Notes: generated from the letters alone by a model not told the origin. Positions 25,499-37,392 are shown, numbered from the stretch's first letter. The stretch is 64,000 nt of DNA from Lingula anatina (GCA_051362555.1 CM120644.1:19924534-19988533), one strand, 5' to 3'. Made by a program: numbers and translations.

Positions 25499-26338
25499 AC
25501 AGCAGCCAGGTAGCCCCCCCTCTCCGCAAACTGTGGGTATTATAGACGGTAGGTGAAAGGCCTATTGTTCCCAGGGATTTTGTCAGTCTATGGCGGAAGC
25601 TCGCAGACGTGAGGTAGACCGTAGTATCGTCCTTTAGGGTAGCGAAGAGGGGCGCCGATTCTGGCGTCTCGAGCGACAGTTTGAAAAAAGCTGTCAGTGC
25701 TGTAGTAGGACATAGTGCGTTCCCTGGCATGAAGGGAAGGGTGATGATGTGAGTTCTTTGGCCGAACTGGTTGGTTTTTGACTTAGTCACCCGTATGGTG
25801 CACCCTCTCTTAGTGAAAGTCACGTCACGCCGCAGGATAGAATGACCCGGATCTGATTGCGATTTCGCCGTGAAGTTGCTGACTCTGAGCATGCCGAAAA
25901 ACGCAGTTAAGCAAGCTGCCCACGTCTGCAGCTGGTCTAGGTCGCTTAAAATAAGGGTAGAACGCAGTTGGAGCAGGTGGAACGGGAGTATTGGTGATTT
26001 CTGTCGGCTGGGGTCCTGTTTGTGCCGTTTTATCCCGCCGATGGTAGCCTTAACATCCCACGAGGAGAGAGGGTTTGGGAACCCGAATTCCAAATGAATA
26101 ATCCTAACTATGTTCAGGTACTGGCGAAGCGTAGATACGCCGCATGTGCGAGCCCGATACGCTGCATATCTGCAGAGATTTGCGGACGAGATAGGAACGG
26201 GCACACACTTTATCTCGGCGCAGAATTTGGCGTAGGCGCGAAGGTGGGATTTGTAAGTGCTCTTAGTGGACGGTGCGAATAGCTGGGATCTCCAAAAGAC
26301 TACCTCCTCATCTAGTTGCTGGCGCAGCCGCACGTGAT
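25499..26338 (-). pseudogene. Tyrosine recombinase of the Ngaro element, truncated before the catalytic Tyr
   Basis: Motifs STKSTY, FFGMLRVSN (catalytic R), KSKTNQ, LCPT and HSLRRGGATW. The expected G-x-W-x-S...Y C-terminus is absent, and the ORF runs into unrelated DNA and the MITE. Confidence 0.85.
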
Positions 26339-27963
26339 CTGAGTGAAGAAGAGAGAGAAAATAAAGATAAGTCAGTCATGTGATTCCTAAGATTGTAAAA
26401 AGGAGGTTTGGTATTGTGGTACATATAAAAAACGGACACTAAGTTAATGAAGCGCGCACAAGAGTTCAGGTCGTGTATTCTTGATACGGCGTCGGCCATC
26501 CCATTGTCTTTTCCTGCGATATGAGCCGCCTGAATTGAAAAACAATGCTTCAGGGATAAATACGATAAGTCCTTAAGGAGGTCGTTACACATGTGATTGG
26601 GTGACGCTCCTTTGTTTAAGATGTGCATGGCGACCTCGCTATCTGTGTGGACAATGACCCGGCATGAAGACCACAGGTGTCCCCATCTGTAAGCTGCAAG
26701 GACAATGGCTGCAAGTTCCTTTACGTTGATATGGCTGGCGCCAAGGCGGGGGGCATCCTGCTCCCAGTTCGTGTAATACCAGTCTCCATTGTGGAAGGCT
26801 CCACCTGCAAAAACACTGGAGTCTGTGAATACATGACATTCTGGACGGAAATCCCAGATTAGTCTGGTGTTGTTTCCTGCAATAAGCCATTTATTCCACC
26901 AAAGGAAGTCCCGGCGAAGAGAATCGAGTTTGCACTTGTGTGCCGCCTTTTTAAGAGTTGAAATCGCGTTGAAAATGGGGCGCACATGAGTTTTGCCCCA
27001 AGGGATAACATTTGAAGCCCACACGAGTTTCCCTGCGAGAGATTCAAGCTGGCGCCGCGACGCACGCTTCCGGGCCATGTATTGTTTTAAGCATGTAATC
27101 AGAGCCGACACCTTCTGCTTTTCCAGGGATAGCGTACCCGCGACAGTGTCTATGACGGTGCCCAGGAACGTAAGCCTTGTCGTAGGGTCGCACACTTTCT
27201 TCCAATTCACACTAAAGCCGAGCCGCCTCAGGAGATTAATCAAGGCGTTGTAAGCGTCCCGACACTCATTAAAGGTCTCTCCTATCACTAGAAAATCGTC
27301 GAGATATACTACCACATTAAAACCTCTTCTCTCCATCATTCGTTTGACGCTTTGTGAAATCCGATGAAAAATTTCAGGAGATTTGGTAGCACCGAATGGC
27401 AGTCTTGTATCCACTAGAACACGTGGCTCCCTATCGTCACTGAATTTCCATTTTAGCCCTGTGAGCCGGAACTGGGACGGGTGCAAGGGAACGGAGCGAT
27501 AGGCTGCCTCGAGGTCCACTTTCGCTAGGTAATGACCGGGTTTGATCAGATTGAGGGCCGTCTGTAAAGTCTCACACTTAAAAGTGTTCTTAGTAGCATA
27601 ATCATTGACAGCCTTACCTTCAGGACGACTGTAATCGTGAATTAGGCGTATCTTGTCGTCGGACTTAGGCACTGCTGATAACGCGCTGATAATTAAGGGG
27701 TCTGCCTTGGGATATATGTAGCGACCTTCTCTTATCTCTTCTAGAATCTGCCTTTCCACCATGATTTTTGCACCTCCGCAGGTGGCAGATTTACTGTTAA
27801 TAGTTTCGACTCTTGGTATGCTATCTAAATCAATGTCATCCACAATGCGAAAGCCCTCAGAGATTCCCCTTAAAATAAAAACATTGTCAACGTCTCCGCT
27901 TAGTTCCTCTCCCCACGCTCGAAGGTTTTCGCGGAGCGGAGAATCCCTCGCGCTTTGTAATGG
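26308..27963 (-). CDS. pol: Reverse transcriptase / RNase H (pol); open frame begins directly after the gag TGA
   Basis: RT motifs RLIHDYSRP, KVDLEAAYRSVP, RLPFG, YLDDF and FLG. RNase H motifs VFTDSS, HINVKEL, HTDS and HIAGKDNGMADAVSR. Confidence 0.93.
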   Translation of the reverse strand, partial: PLQSARDSPLRENLRAWGEELSGDVDNVFILRGISEGFRIVDDIDLDSIPRVETINSKSATCGGAKIMVERQILEEIREGRYIYPKADPLIISALSAVPKSDDKIRLIHDYSRPEGKAVNDYATKNTFKCETLQTALNLIKPGHYLAKVDLEAAYRSVPLHPSQFRLTGLKWKFSDDREPRVLVDTRLPFGATKSPEIFHRISQSVKRMMERRGFNVVVYLDDFLVIGETFNECRDAYNALINLLRRLGFSVNWKKVCDPTTRLTFLGTVIDTVAGTLSLEKQKVSALITCLKQYMARKRASRRQLESLAGKLVWASNVIPWGKTHVRPIFNAISTLKKAAHKCKLDSLRRDFLWWNKWLIAGNNTRLIWDFRPECHVFTDSSVFAGGAFHNGDWYYTNWEQDAPRLGASHINVKELAAIVLAAYRWGHLWSSCRVIVHTDSEVAMHILNKGASPNHMCNDLLKDLSYLSLKHCFSIQAAHIAGKDNGMADAVSRIHDLNSCARFINLVSVFYMYHNTKPPFYNLRNHMTDLSLFSLSSSLRSRAAAPATR

Positions 27964-29028
27964 TCAGTGGGTTGTGTTTCTGCTTTCTTGCTGACTATGT
28001 GTGAATTCCCCGTGTGACGAGCTTTGGCATGTCAAACAAATGTGCGCAAAGCGGCAGTTTTGGAGAGAGCACCCTTGTCGACCATTGTACTTGAGACATA
28101 TGGGGCGTCCTGACGATGGGTCTGTCCTGTTCGGCTTTCGTCTGTGTCCCAGGGAAGGAGGCGATGAGCGATCCTGGACTGGCTTAAGTAAGAGTTGCAT
28201 AAGGAAAGGGCTGTCGCTTCCCCAGGGAAAACCCATGGAGTTTTGTGCCCTCCTGTACTCCGCATCGTACCGCAATACCGACGACCACGTAAACGATTGA
28301 CCCATACACGCTACCTTCGTGATGTAGCCGACATATTGCATGGCTGTCTTCATGTCCGCGCCGTCTTGCTCCACCATTTCCTTCAGAATCTTCATTGATG
28401 CCTCGGTGAATTGCAGGGGGGTGATTTTCTCCAGTGGGATTTTCCGTTCCGTGAGAGATAGTTCTATGTTGCCTACTCGTAGTGGTACGTCGCTCTCTAT
28501 CTTGCCTTTTTCGTAGGCCTGTGAAAACATCACGTAGTCGCGGATCTCACGGAGCTTTGCAGTTTGCTTTTGTGGGATTGAGATCGAAAAGGGGTCAAAA
28601 ATTTTACCTAGTGGCTCACCTGTTGTAGGTGTTTTGCTGTCCTGTTTCTCAACTCCTAGTAGCTGGCACAGCTTGGCATAATCTAGTTCGGAGTCAATAG
28701 GGTCTGGCTCCGTTTGTTTCCTCTCCCTCAGAACTTCCCTAGATGTAGATGGCTGATTTCCCTCACTTTCTGTGGCTCCTGTTGAATCACCCTCCCCCGC
28801 ACCCGGACCCTGGTTGATCCGTGGCTGCGGAGGCTGCAGTGACTCCACTGCATCCTGCAGGAGTAGCAGCTGGGCCAAGGAAAGGGATCGTCCGAAATGT
28901 TTCTGAATAAGTGATTCAGAGAGCTTTTTGCAGCTCTTCAGAGATACAAAACCCGCGTCCTTTAAGATGTCTACCGTCTCTGGGGATAGCTCATTTTCCT
29001 GGACCCAAAGCTCGAAATTCTCTGCCAT
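27964..29028 (-). CDS. gag: Gag-like ORF1 of the Ngaro element (helical SAM-like N-terminus, C-terminal Cys/His zinc finger)
   Basis: 354-aa ATG ORF containing FTWSSVLRYDAEYRRAQ and ICLKYNGRQGCSLQNCRFAHICLTCQSSSH, typical of DIRS/Ngaro ORF1. Confidence 0.88.
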   Translation of the reverse strand: MAENFELWVQENELSPETVDILKDAGFVSLKSCKKLSESLIQKHFGRSLSLAQLLLLQDAVESLQPPQPRINQGPGAGEGDSTGATESEGNQPSTSREVLRERKQTEPDPIDSELDYAKLCQLLGVEKQDSKTPTTGEPLGKIFDPFSISIPQKQTAKLREIRDYVMFSQAYEKGKIESDVPLRVGNIELSLTERKIPLEKITPLQFTEASMKILKEMVEQDGADMKTAMQYVGYITKVACMGQSFTWSSVLRYDAEYRRAQNSMGFPWGSDSPFLMQLLLKPVQDRSSPPSLGHRRKPNRTDPSSGRPICLKYNGRQGCSLQNCRFAHICLTCQSSSHGEFTHSQQESRNTTH

Positions 29029-29580
29029 AGTTTAAAATAAAAACGCAATAACTATGAAGCACCGGAGGAAGAGGGAGAGCGCCTGCTCCCTACACGCTTC
29101 TTCCTTGCTCGCTGCCAACGCTCTAATTGCCGATTTTAAAAGAGTCACGTGGCTGCTTTTCGGCTAACGGCCTTAAATTTGATAGGCTCCCACGACGGGG
29201 ACCGCGCGCGGCGCGCCCTCCAGTGGCGGTTTTAAATAGCTTTCCGTTAAACGAAAAGAGTACTTAATATTATACTTTACCTCTAAATGAATGGCGAATG
29301 ATTTACAACAACACTTTCCTGGCTAGTACATGTAGGCCTACATCCACAAATCGCATACTGTACCGGGCATGGCTTCGTTTTCCTTGTATAAGCCACAAGA
29401 AACTGGCATGTTTTTATTTTTATTTATTGATTTATTCATTCTTTTTATTAATTTTTTTTTCTGACGTGACTTTGCATGGCGTCAAAAACAAACGATTATT
29501 TCTGGCTTCAAGTTGTGAGATGTCACGGCTACCTCCATGACTGAGAAGTTTAGAGGAATCCACTTGCAATCCATGAAAGT

Positions 29581-29841
29581 AAGGCTGGATTCCCCTCCCT
29601 AGATCGATCTAACAGGATCGGTTCATGTCCACGGGGTTTCTCGCTAAATTCCTTGCAGCTTAAGTGGCTTAGATGTCTGAGACGCCTACTGAAGCTGCTA
29701 AACGATAATTAATGAATTAATCAGCTTCAGTGGGCGTGACAGACATCTAATTAAGCCGCTTAAGTTAATTGCAATTAAGCGAGAATCCCCTTGGAGATAG
29801 TTCGAACCAAAGTTAGTACGATAGGGCCTGGTAATGGTCTC
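29581..29841. mobile_element. Palindromic MITE, related to the element at 58093-58320 (Harbinger-like)
   Basis: Internal inverted symmetry (GCTTAAGTGGCTTAGATGTCTG...CAGACATCTAATTAAGCCGCTTAAG). Shares TAGATCGATCTAA and CGCTAAATT motifs with the 58-kb copy. Confidence 0.5.
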
Positions 29842-31145
29842 TAAGGTACCAGTATCAATAATTTCTATCTTCATTATGTGTATTGTACAAGCTTTTGCCA
29901 CCCACCCACTTTCCGGTAGTTTAATGTCCTCAGCCATTTTGGAGAAGGGATTATACATAGGCTATATCAGGGACAGAAATCATGCAGGTCAGAGATCGCC
30001 AAGTCATGTTGAAGTAAACGGTTTCCTTTTTTTTAGGATTTTAGGAGCTTTACCCCGGCACTTGACAATAATTCCTTTGAAGCTGGCACTGCGGCGCATC
30101 TTTAGAATAAAGAAATAAAAAAAAAAAAAGATATAATAGTTTGTTCCTTATTGCTTTTTAGGGCCTACAAGGAGGTCACCTAATTTGTTATGTTTGTTTT
30201 TTTTTTTTTTTTTAAGTCCATTTGTTCTCAGTTTTTCAAATATTCTGTGTTATTTTACATGTAACATGTAGCGGCCAGGGTGGTTTCTTTGCGGAGTGTT
30301 TACGGTGGTTGTTCACTCTTAATTTTTTTTTTTTTTTTTTTGCATCTTCAAAACAGGGCTTGGCAAAATTAATGAATAACAATGCAGTTCTTTAAAAAAA
30401 TGCATAAATGAGCTCCGACGAAGCAGAAGCGCAAAAGTCCGCTGAAAGGCAGGTGCAAGGTAAAAACACAATCATGGTTGAGACACCGAGGCGTCCTTGG
30501 CTAACCTCGCGTCAGGTCCGATAATTTACGAGATTCAAAACGTGAATGGAGCCTCTCGTACTTCTTATGTGCACTTCTCTCCCCCAGTGCCTGGTATGGG
30601 GTCCTGGGTTAGAGCGTTGGACAGAACGTACGACAAAAACTTGGGTGTAGACGACAGTAGTCTAACGTAAGTTTACGCACTATCACTGTGTTCTCTCTAC
30701 ACTTAGCCTAGGCCTAGATCTAACAGTGACAGCAGAATGTTGCCTTGTAAGTTACAGGGCGTGTCTACAGTCACGGCTTACCACGTGGGTGCGCTGAATT
30801 TGCTTAGCTGTTCCTTTTCTGTCGTGATTACATATAATATTTTTATGCCTTTATGTGCCTGATTTGTGGCAATATTGCTGTTTTGACAAATAACATTACG
30901 TCGTTAATGTCTTTTAATTATTTTAATTAATTAAAATTTTATAAATGTAAGTTTGATAGAAGAATCTGTATTCTTTGCACTTGTATGTAACTTCTACAAG
31001 TTACAACAGGGCCCCGTATCTCGAAAGATTTGCTTATGGTGAGCGGGCGCAAGCATGGCAATTCCTCGCTATCCCATATCTCGAAAGCCTCGCTAATAGC
31101 AAAATCACCATTTGTTTCGAGGGTATTATTTGCGGCAATACAAAC

Positions 31146-34100
31146 CCCAGACAGCCTCAGTGATCTGGCCCACGTCTGGCCCAGATCTGGCAACGTCTGG
31201 CAATGTCTGGCAAAAGGTATGGCCCACGTATGGCTTGCCACATGTGGGCCAGATGTGGCAATGTTTGGGCCAGATCTGGCCCAGACATTGCCACATCTGG
31301 CCCAGTCCACATTTGCTCATATGGCCAGATGTCGGCCCAGATCTGGCAATATCTGGCAAAGGTATGGCATGCCAGATGTGGACCAGATGTGGGCCAGATC
31401 ATATTCAAATGGGCCAGATTAGGGCCAGACATGGACCACATATGGCCCAGATTGTTTTTTTTTTTTTATTATTTCACATTTGCTCATGTGGCCAGATGTC
31501 GACCCAGATCTGGCAATATCTGGCAAATGTATGGCATGCCGGATGTGGGCCAGAAGTGGGCCAGATTAGGGCTGGACATGGACCACATATGGCCCAGATT
31601 GTTTTTTTTTTTTCTTTTTTTTAATTATTTTTAATTATTCAATAAGATTACTATAAAAAAAGACATACAAGATTCAAGATTCAAGTATTTATTCTGTGCT
31701 AAAACCCTAAACAAAATTATTACACATTATATAACCTTGCTGGCAACTAACATGTAACAAATTAAGGGCCACTCCTTGTCTTTTCGTACAAAAAAATGTA
31801 TGTTTGAAAAAAAAAAAAACTACACTGCAAAAAGGCAAATATACAGACACTTAACAGGAGGAAATGTCACTTACATACATGTAAAGAAAACAGTTATAAC
31901 AACAATTTTTTTTCAACACAAAGCTGCTCATCGAATCTGAATTAACACAAATTACAAAAATTGTAATTAATTATGCATGTACATGGGGGAGGGGTTTGAG
32001 GGAGAAATATTTTTGCACACCTCAACCTAAATAATATTATACATTGTCATTTTTAAACTAATTCAAACATATCATTAATAATAATAATCACTAATGAATA
32101 TAGTTTTGTAATGAATAAATCTTGAATAATGAATGAAAAAACATTGTTTTTTAGATGATGGAGAGTTATAACAAAATTATAAATAACCATGCAGTAACTG
32201 TTTCAATTCAACTTGCATGCTGGCTACAGTACTGTACATACATGTAAATTCTGAAAAAAAAATATGTAGACTCCAGCACAGATATAGACGTACAATTAAA
32301 AGAGAATTACATGTGCACAAAAACAAACCCCAGTATCAATGCTTTTGAATTAAATCACATCACTAATCAAATCACTCAATGAATTGAACCAGTTTGCAAT
32401 GCTTGCGCTTTTTTCAAATCCATAACACTAAGAAATGATACTTCTTGACAAGCTTATAATTATTAAAGGAATCAACAATGGAACAAGTAACTCTACCAAG
32501 TTAACAACAGTTCATTCAAATGTCAAGTCAAAACACAACATCCCTTCCTTTCTTGGAGAGAAACGGTCCTTTCAAAACATGTTAATTGACAGTTCAGTCT
32601 TTAAAATGTCTTTTCAAACATTTGCAGAATAGCATATGAACTCCAACTTTTATTCCTTAAACCACACTGAAAATTCTCAAAACTAATCAACTCATATCAA
32701 ATCCCATGTCCTTTTACTGCTACTGGTCTCTTCCTTTGCTTGCCTTTGCGTCACATTCAAATGTTCCCTTCACTTTTAAAGGTTTCTCAGACGTGTATGA
32801 ATAATACTGTTAGTTTTCTGGTCCTCCACAAGAGCCACATTTATTTTTCTTGGATTTCAGCATTCTCCATGTATTTTCATCAATGATATTACAATATGCA
32901 CCTGAATCTGGTAATACACTGAGATTAAAACTCTATTTCCTACATGTCTTCTGTGTATATTGCATTGGTTCCCACACCAAATGTATATGCACTCCTGGAT
33001 TATCATGTTCAAAGCTGTCATTTACATGAATAATAGTTTCAGTTTTGCAGACTTTTGCAAAGTGATCCAACGTTCCATGTTTTCTCAGTCAGGGAGTTTC
33101 TACTTCGTTTTTCATGTCTAAACTCCTAATGTTTAGACTGGTTTGGTTTGTCAAATGACTTCGGTTTCATCATACTCACAGTTTCTGGTGTTCCAATTTC
33201 ATTCAAAGCGTTAACTGTCTTATGTATATTCATGTTTCTAACCTGTGTTTGGGAGAGTCCTGGAAATATCTTGTACACCTAACCCTGCTGAATACAACAT
33301 AAGCGCGCGTCTCCTCTGTCACGTATTTTTAATTTTCTATCTTTGTTCATTATTCATGCCGTCCATTGGTTTTGAAAAGATCAATCTTTTCCGTCAGCGA
33401 AGAGGTTAAAACTGTCTAGCCATCGCGTCGAGCGTGACCCTAATGTCTCCGGACTTCTGTACGGTTCGAATTCCGTAATTTCACATTTTTCTTCCATTTT
33501 TTCAAAGAAAGTTGGCTCACAGTTTTGCACTAGTGTTAATCCTCGTCGCCAGTGTTGATGCCTTCGAAATAAATCGCATCACGAATCAAATCACTCAACG
33601 AATTGTATCAGCTTGATACGCTTGTGCTTTTTTCATATCCATAACTATAAGAAACGCTACATCCGGGTCCTTCACCGGCTTAGCATAAAAAGCGGAATCT
33701 TACAACAGCGGAACGAGTAGTTCAAAAAAGTTTTAGAACAGTGAATTCATTCAAATGTCAAGTCAAATTAAACAAATAGCACACTTATGAGGGGACTTTG
33801 AAGAAAAGAGAGAGAGATAAATTAAATCAAAATTTATCAAATGACGTCAGTTCAATGCATTCAGCTCACTGGTCAATAAAAAATAAATAAATAGAAAATA
33901 AAAATTGAAAATGAAAGTACCATATCTGGCCCAAGTCTGGGCAGCATCTGGCAAAATGTGGCATAAATGCCAGACTTTGCCAGACTTGGCCCAGATCTGG
34001 CAAGTGTCTGGCAAAATGTGGCATAAATGCCAGACTTTGCCAGACTTGGCCCAGATCTGGCAAGTGTCTGGCAAAATCTGGCCCAGATATTGCCAGACGT

Positions 34101-34147
34101 TGCCAGATCTGGGCCAGACGCGGGCCAGATTACTGAGGCTGTCTGGG
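31146..34147. mobile_element. Non-autonomous CMC/EnSpm-like DNA transposon (3.0 kb)
   Basis: TIR CCCAGACAGCCTCAGT(G/A)ATCTGGCCC...; 2-bp TSD AC at 31144-31145 and 34148-34149; subterminal arrays of an 11-bp GCCAGATCTGG-type repeat at both ends. Confidence 0.88.
32334..33783 (-). mobile_element. Internally deleted, decayed Gypsy LTR element nested in the CMC element
   Basis: Two diverged ~210-230-bp direct repeats (32334-32540 and 33553-~33783). PBS TGGCGACGAGGAT at 33539-33551 and PPT AAGAAAGGAAGGGA at 32541-32554. Gag relic FEPYRSPETLGSRSTRWLDSFNLFADGK...RRALMLYSAGLGVQDI. Confidence 0.82.
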
Positions 34148-36262
34148 ACTAGTCGCAATGGCCTCTGCGTATGCATAATTCGTCATTTTAATGTGTCTTT
34201 CATGTAATTAAACATGGTGGCAAGTTTGGGTTGCTAGTCATAATAGCATATAACAAAACAACAAAAACATGGAAGCTTATAATAGATTGAATCACTCGTT
34301 ACCTCTGATAGAAAAACTTGCAGTAAATATTCATGTGAAGAATGTTTAAATCAGGGTCATGTACAAAACATGAAATGTGGCAAGTTTTATGATAAATGGA
34401 ATGTGAAAAGCCAGAAATGGGGAACCATGGTAACAGGTAATTGCATGGTCTCCTTCCCTTTCTCCATGAAGAAAAACTCACCAGTAATCACATCTTGTGT
34501 TTCTTTTGGGTTTAAGTAATTTTGTCTTGTTGACCAGTTACTGTAATTTCCCCACTTCCCTCACATTACATCACAAAAGTACACTTCAAGTAGTTACAGC
34601 CAACTGATGTGCCTAATATAGCTTAATATAGATACTGATATTAATATTGATCTGTTTTTTACTGCTGTAAGAATTTACATACATGTACAAGTATCACAAA
34701 TATTGAAACAGATTTGGCAAAGTTAATATTGTTTATTCTTTCAGTCTGGGAATAGTGTCAGTCTCAGAAGTCAGAGCTGTCACCAGTACTAGTATCCTCC
34801 ACAATGTAAGTACATTTGATTTTTTTTCACAGTCCAGTCACCAAAGTAGGTGAGACACTTGCCAGCTAATACACCATGATTTGGAAATTTGCTTACAATT
34901 GATTTCTTCAGTTATAAAGGGATAACAACTGTTCCTTTTGGTCAAAAAACAGATTTTCCTGGGGCAAACAACAATTTACCCACACTTTACCTATGGTTAA
35001 TGAATCCATTCCTACATTCATTTCTATGAGCTGTTTCAGTGAATTTATTATAAAATAGTCTTACAAGGACAGTTGTTATCCTTTTAAGATAAAGTGTGTC
35101 CCATCACAAATCCACTGTTCCCAGTCAGCTACTTGTGGTCATGAAGATGTCTGGAGATGTCACCAGAAGACTCCCAACATGGCTTTAACTCCATACAAAC
35201 TGAATTCCCCCGGATCCAGTTGATTGCAGAGGCATCTGGAAAAAGTGGTGTTCACAGTAATAACTTGACATTTGTTTGCCAATATTCCCTACGTGTATAT
35301 GCATAATCAACTATGTAATTATTATTACGAATATTTAGAATATTCTTTCTTGCTTTGTTGCATGTTGGATCATGATGAACCATACTCTTTATTTACCATG
35401 TTTTACAGTCATATATGTTTGCAGAGGATATTTGAGTTGTTTGCTTGGATTTTTTGTAATGATAGTTTAAGAAAAAAATAACAAGGAACAAGATACATTC
35501 TATATTTGCAAACAAAATAGATATATTATTGTGTGACTGTCCTCAGCTTATGCATATATACATGTACCTTAAAATTATCTTATCCTCTGACATAGGTACA
35601 TGATATAAGTTTTGACCAAAAAACACATACAGGGAATGTGGCAAGATGTAGGTCTACCTAGTGTTGTGTCCTTTACATGCATGTCTGACTTGTTCCATTT
35701 GGATTTAAAAATGGTGTTAATAGATAGGGCCTAACAATGAAGATTCAGGATGTTGATTTTCTGATGGAGCAAAACATAATATTCTGTCTTTGTACTTATC
35801 TGATATATACTGCAACAAGTCTTCTGGTTGCAAGCATGTTACAAGGGGTGTACTTGTTTCTGTAACTTCATCTGTAATATTATCTAAAAAATATAAGAAC
35901 TATAACCCTTTTTATCAAAATATTTTATGTAAATGTAGGTCTTTGTTAGTGTTTGTATGTATTCTCATTGGTCTGTCTATCTGCGTCGTTGCTGTTGCCG
36001 TTACTGTCAGGCACATGACATATCCCATAACTGTCCAACTGTATTTTTGTCTTACTTGAAATTTACAGAGTGGCTTTTTTGGTTAAGAAGCAGATTGCAA
36101 ATTTCACTTATCACAGAGAGGTAAAACAACATATCATGGAGCCGTGGATAAAGTTATGTTTGCAAACTTTAAGCAATAACTAATTTAAAAGCAGATATAG
36201 CATTGAAGATAAGTCAATCCTGTACAAATGTACTTTTTACTTCAATGTATTTTCACTATAAT

Positions 36263-36850
36263 TACCTTTATTTCTGGCAACTAAGGGCCAAAGTCTAGTG
36301 CCCATTCTCTTCTGGATATGGCCTGTACAATCTTCTTTAGTAATCTCAATGTCTGGACCATAGGGCTGCTGTAGATGGACACTCTGGAAGGCTGAGCTGT
36401 CCCCATCCCCTACAAATTGATTGTAGCGTAACCAAAAAAGTTCAATGGAATGACTGTATAAAACAAAGGCACCCTCAACTTCCATGGCCTGGGTCAAGCC
36501 TTCGTGGTTGTGGTGGCACTCCTGGAAGTGTTTCAGTTGAAAGTCAACCTCTTCCACCGTGGTGTGGGGCAGCTTTTGAAAATTGTCACGTCTGACAAAA
36601 GGTACACATATAGTGAATGTCCAGAATGTCTCCCGTATCCACTGAAATAGCAGCTACATATCCATGTTTAGACAAGTTTCTGGTTTGCCAGGAACCATCC
36701 AAGGTAACCCCACAGTCCACAATTTCTCCTGGATTGACATTGCTTGGAGGACGGTGCCATCCATTCTCTCCAGAGCTCTCTCCCTGGTGCGGTAGCCTAA
36801 GGCCTGTGTGTGGAGACGCCAACTGTTGTTTGCCACTGGAGCCGGCATGG
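36263..36850 (-). pseudogene. Mutator-like transposase fragment (frameshifted)
   Basis: VTLDGSWQTR..SKHGYVAAISVDTGDILD and MEVEGA...RYNQFVGDGDSSAF...PYG...KEDCTGHIQKRMGTRL. Confidence 0.8.
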
Positions 36851-36870
36851 AGAGGTACGCTGAAAGCTTC

Positions 36871-37392
36871 TCAGCAGAAGTGTTCCCCCTTCAGCAAAAG
36901 TGTTCCCCCACATCTTCTCTCTGCTTGCTTCATTATGGGCCGTCCTTGTGGGGTGGGCTCAAAGCTGACCGATTTCTGTGGGTTTTCTAACAGATTGATG
37001 CGATGCATCAAACTTTGGATTATGCTGCCTTCCGCAGTAGCTGTAGTTGCTAATGCTGTCCTGAAGTTTACTTCCACCAAGGCTGCTGCTTGGTGAAGTT
37101 CAGCCATTGTCTGTACCTGTTTTTGTATTATGAAGGGCAGGATTTCAGGTCTGAGTCCATTGATGCAGGCACAAATTAGGCTATTGTCATCTGGCGTTGT
37201 GTTCCTTCCTAGTTTCCTCATCCTTGTGAGAAAATCTACAGCAGTCTCTGTTTCTCCCTGTTTTTGGTGAAACAGCTCTACAGTTTTTTGTAGCTTCATC
37301 TGCTGTGTCTGTTGGAAGGAATTAAGAATTTCTTCCTTAAACAAGCCGAAGTCTTTTCTAACTCTTTCTGGCAGAGTTTGAAACCAAATATC
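36871..37392 (-). pseudogene. LTR-retrotransposon gag fragment
   Basis: WFQTLP...FKEEILNSF...KQGETETAVDFLTRMRKL...INGLRPEI, a retrotransposon capsid major-homology-region-like motif. Confidence 0.75.

Larger units (their letters stand above)
25499..29285 (-). mobile_element. Ngaro-type (DIRS order) tyrosine-recombinase retrotransposon, 3'-truncated
   Basis: Gene order is gag - RT/RNase H - YR, with no protease and no DDE integrase. The ORFs are uninterrupted and CpG-rich. The 5' boundary is approximate, and no copy of the 5' terminal repeat is seen downstream of YR. Confidence 0.9.

Noticed and set aside
30939-31634. Several overlapping 80-170 aa ORFs on both strands (also 33847-34207)
   Set aside because: They are artefacts of the 11-bp subterminal repeat array of the CMC-like element.
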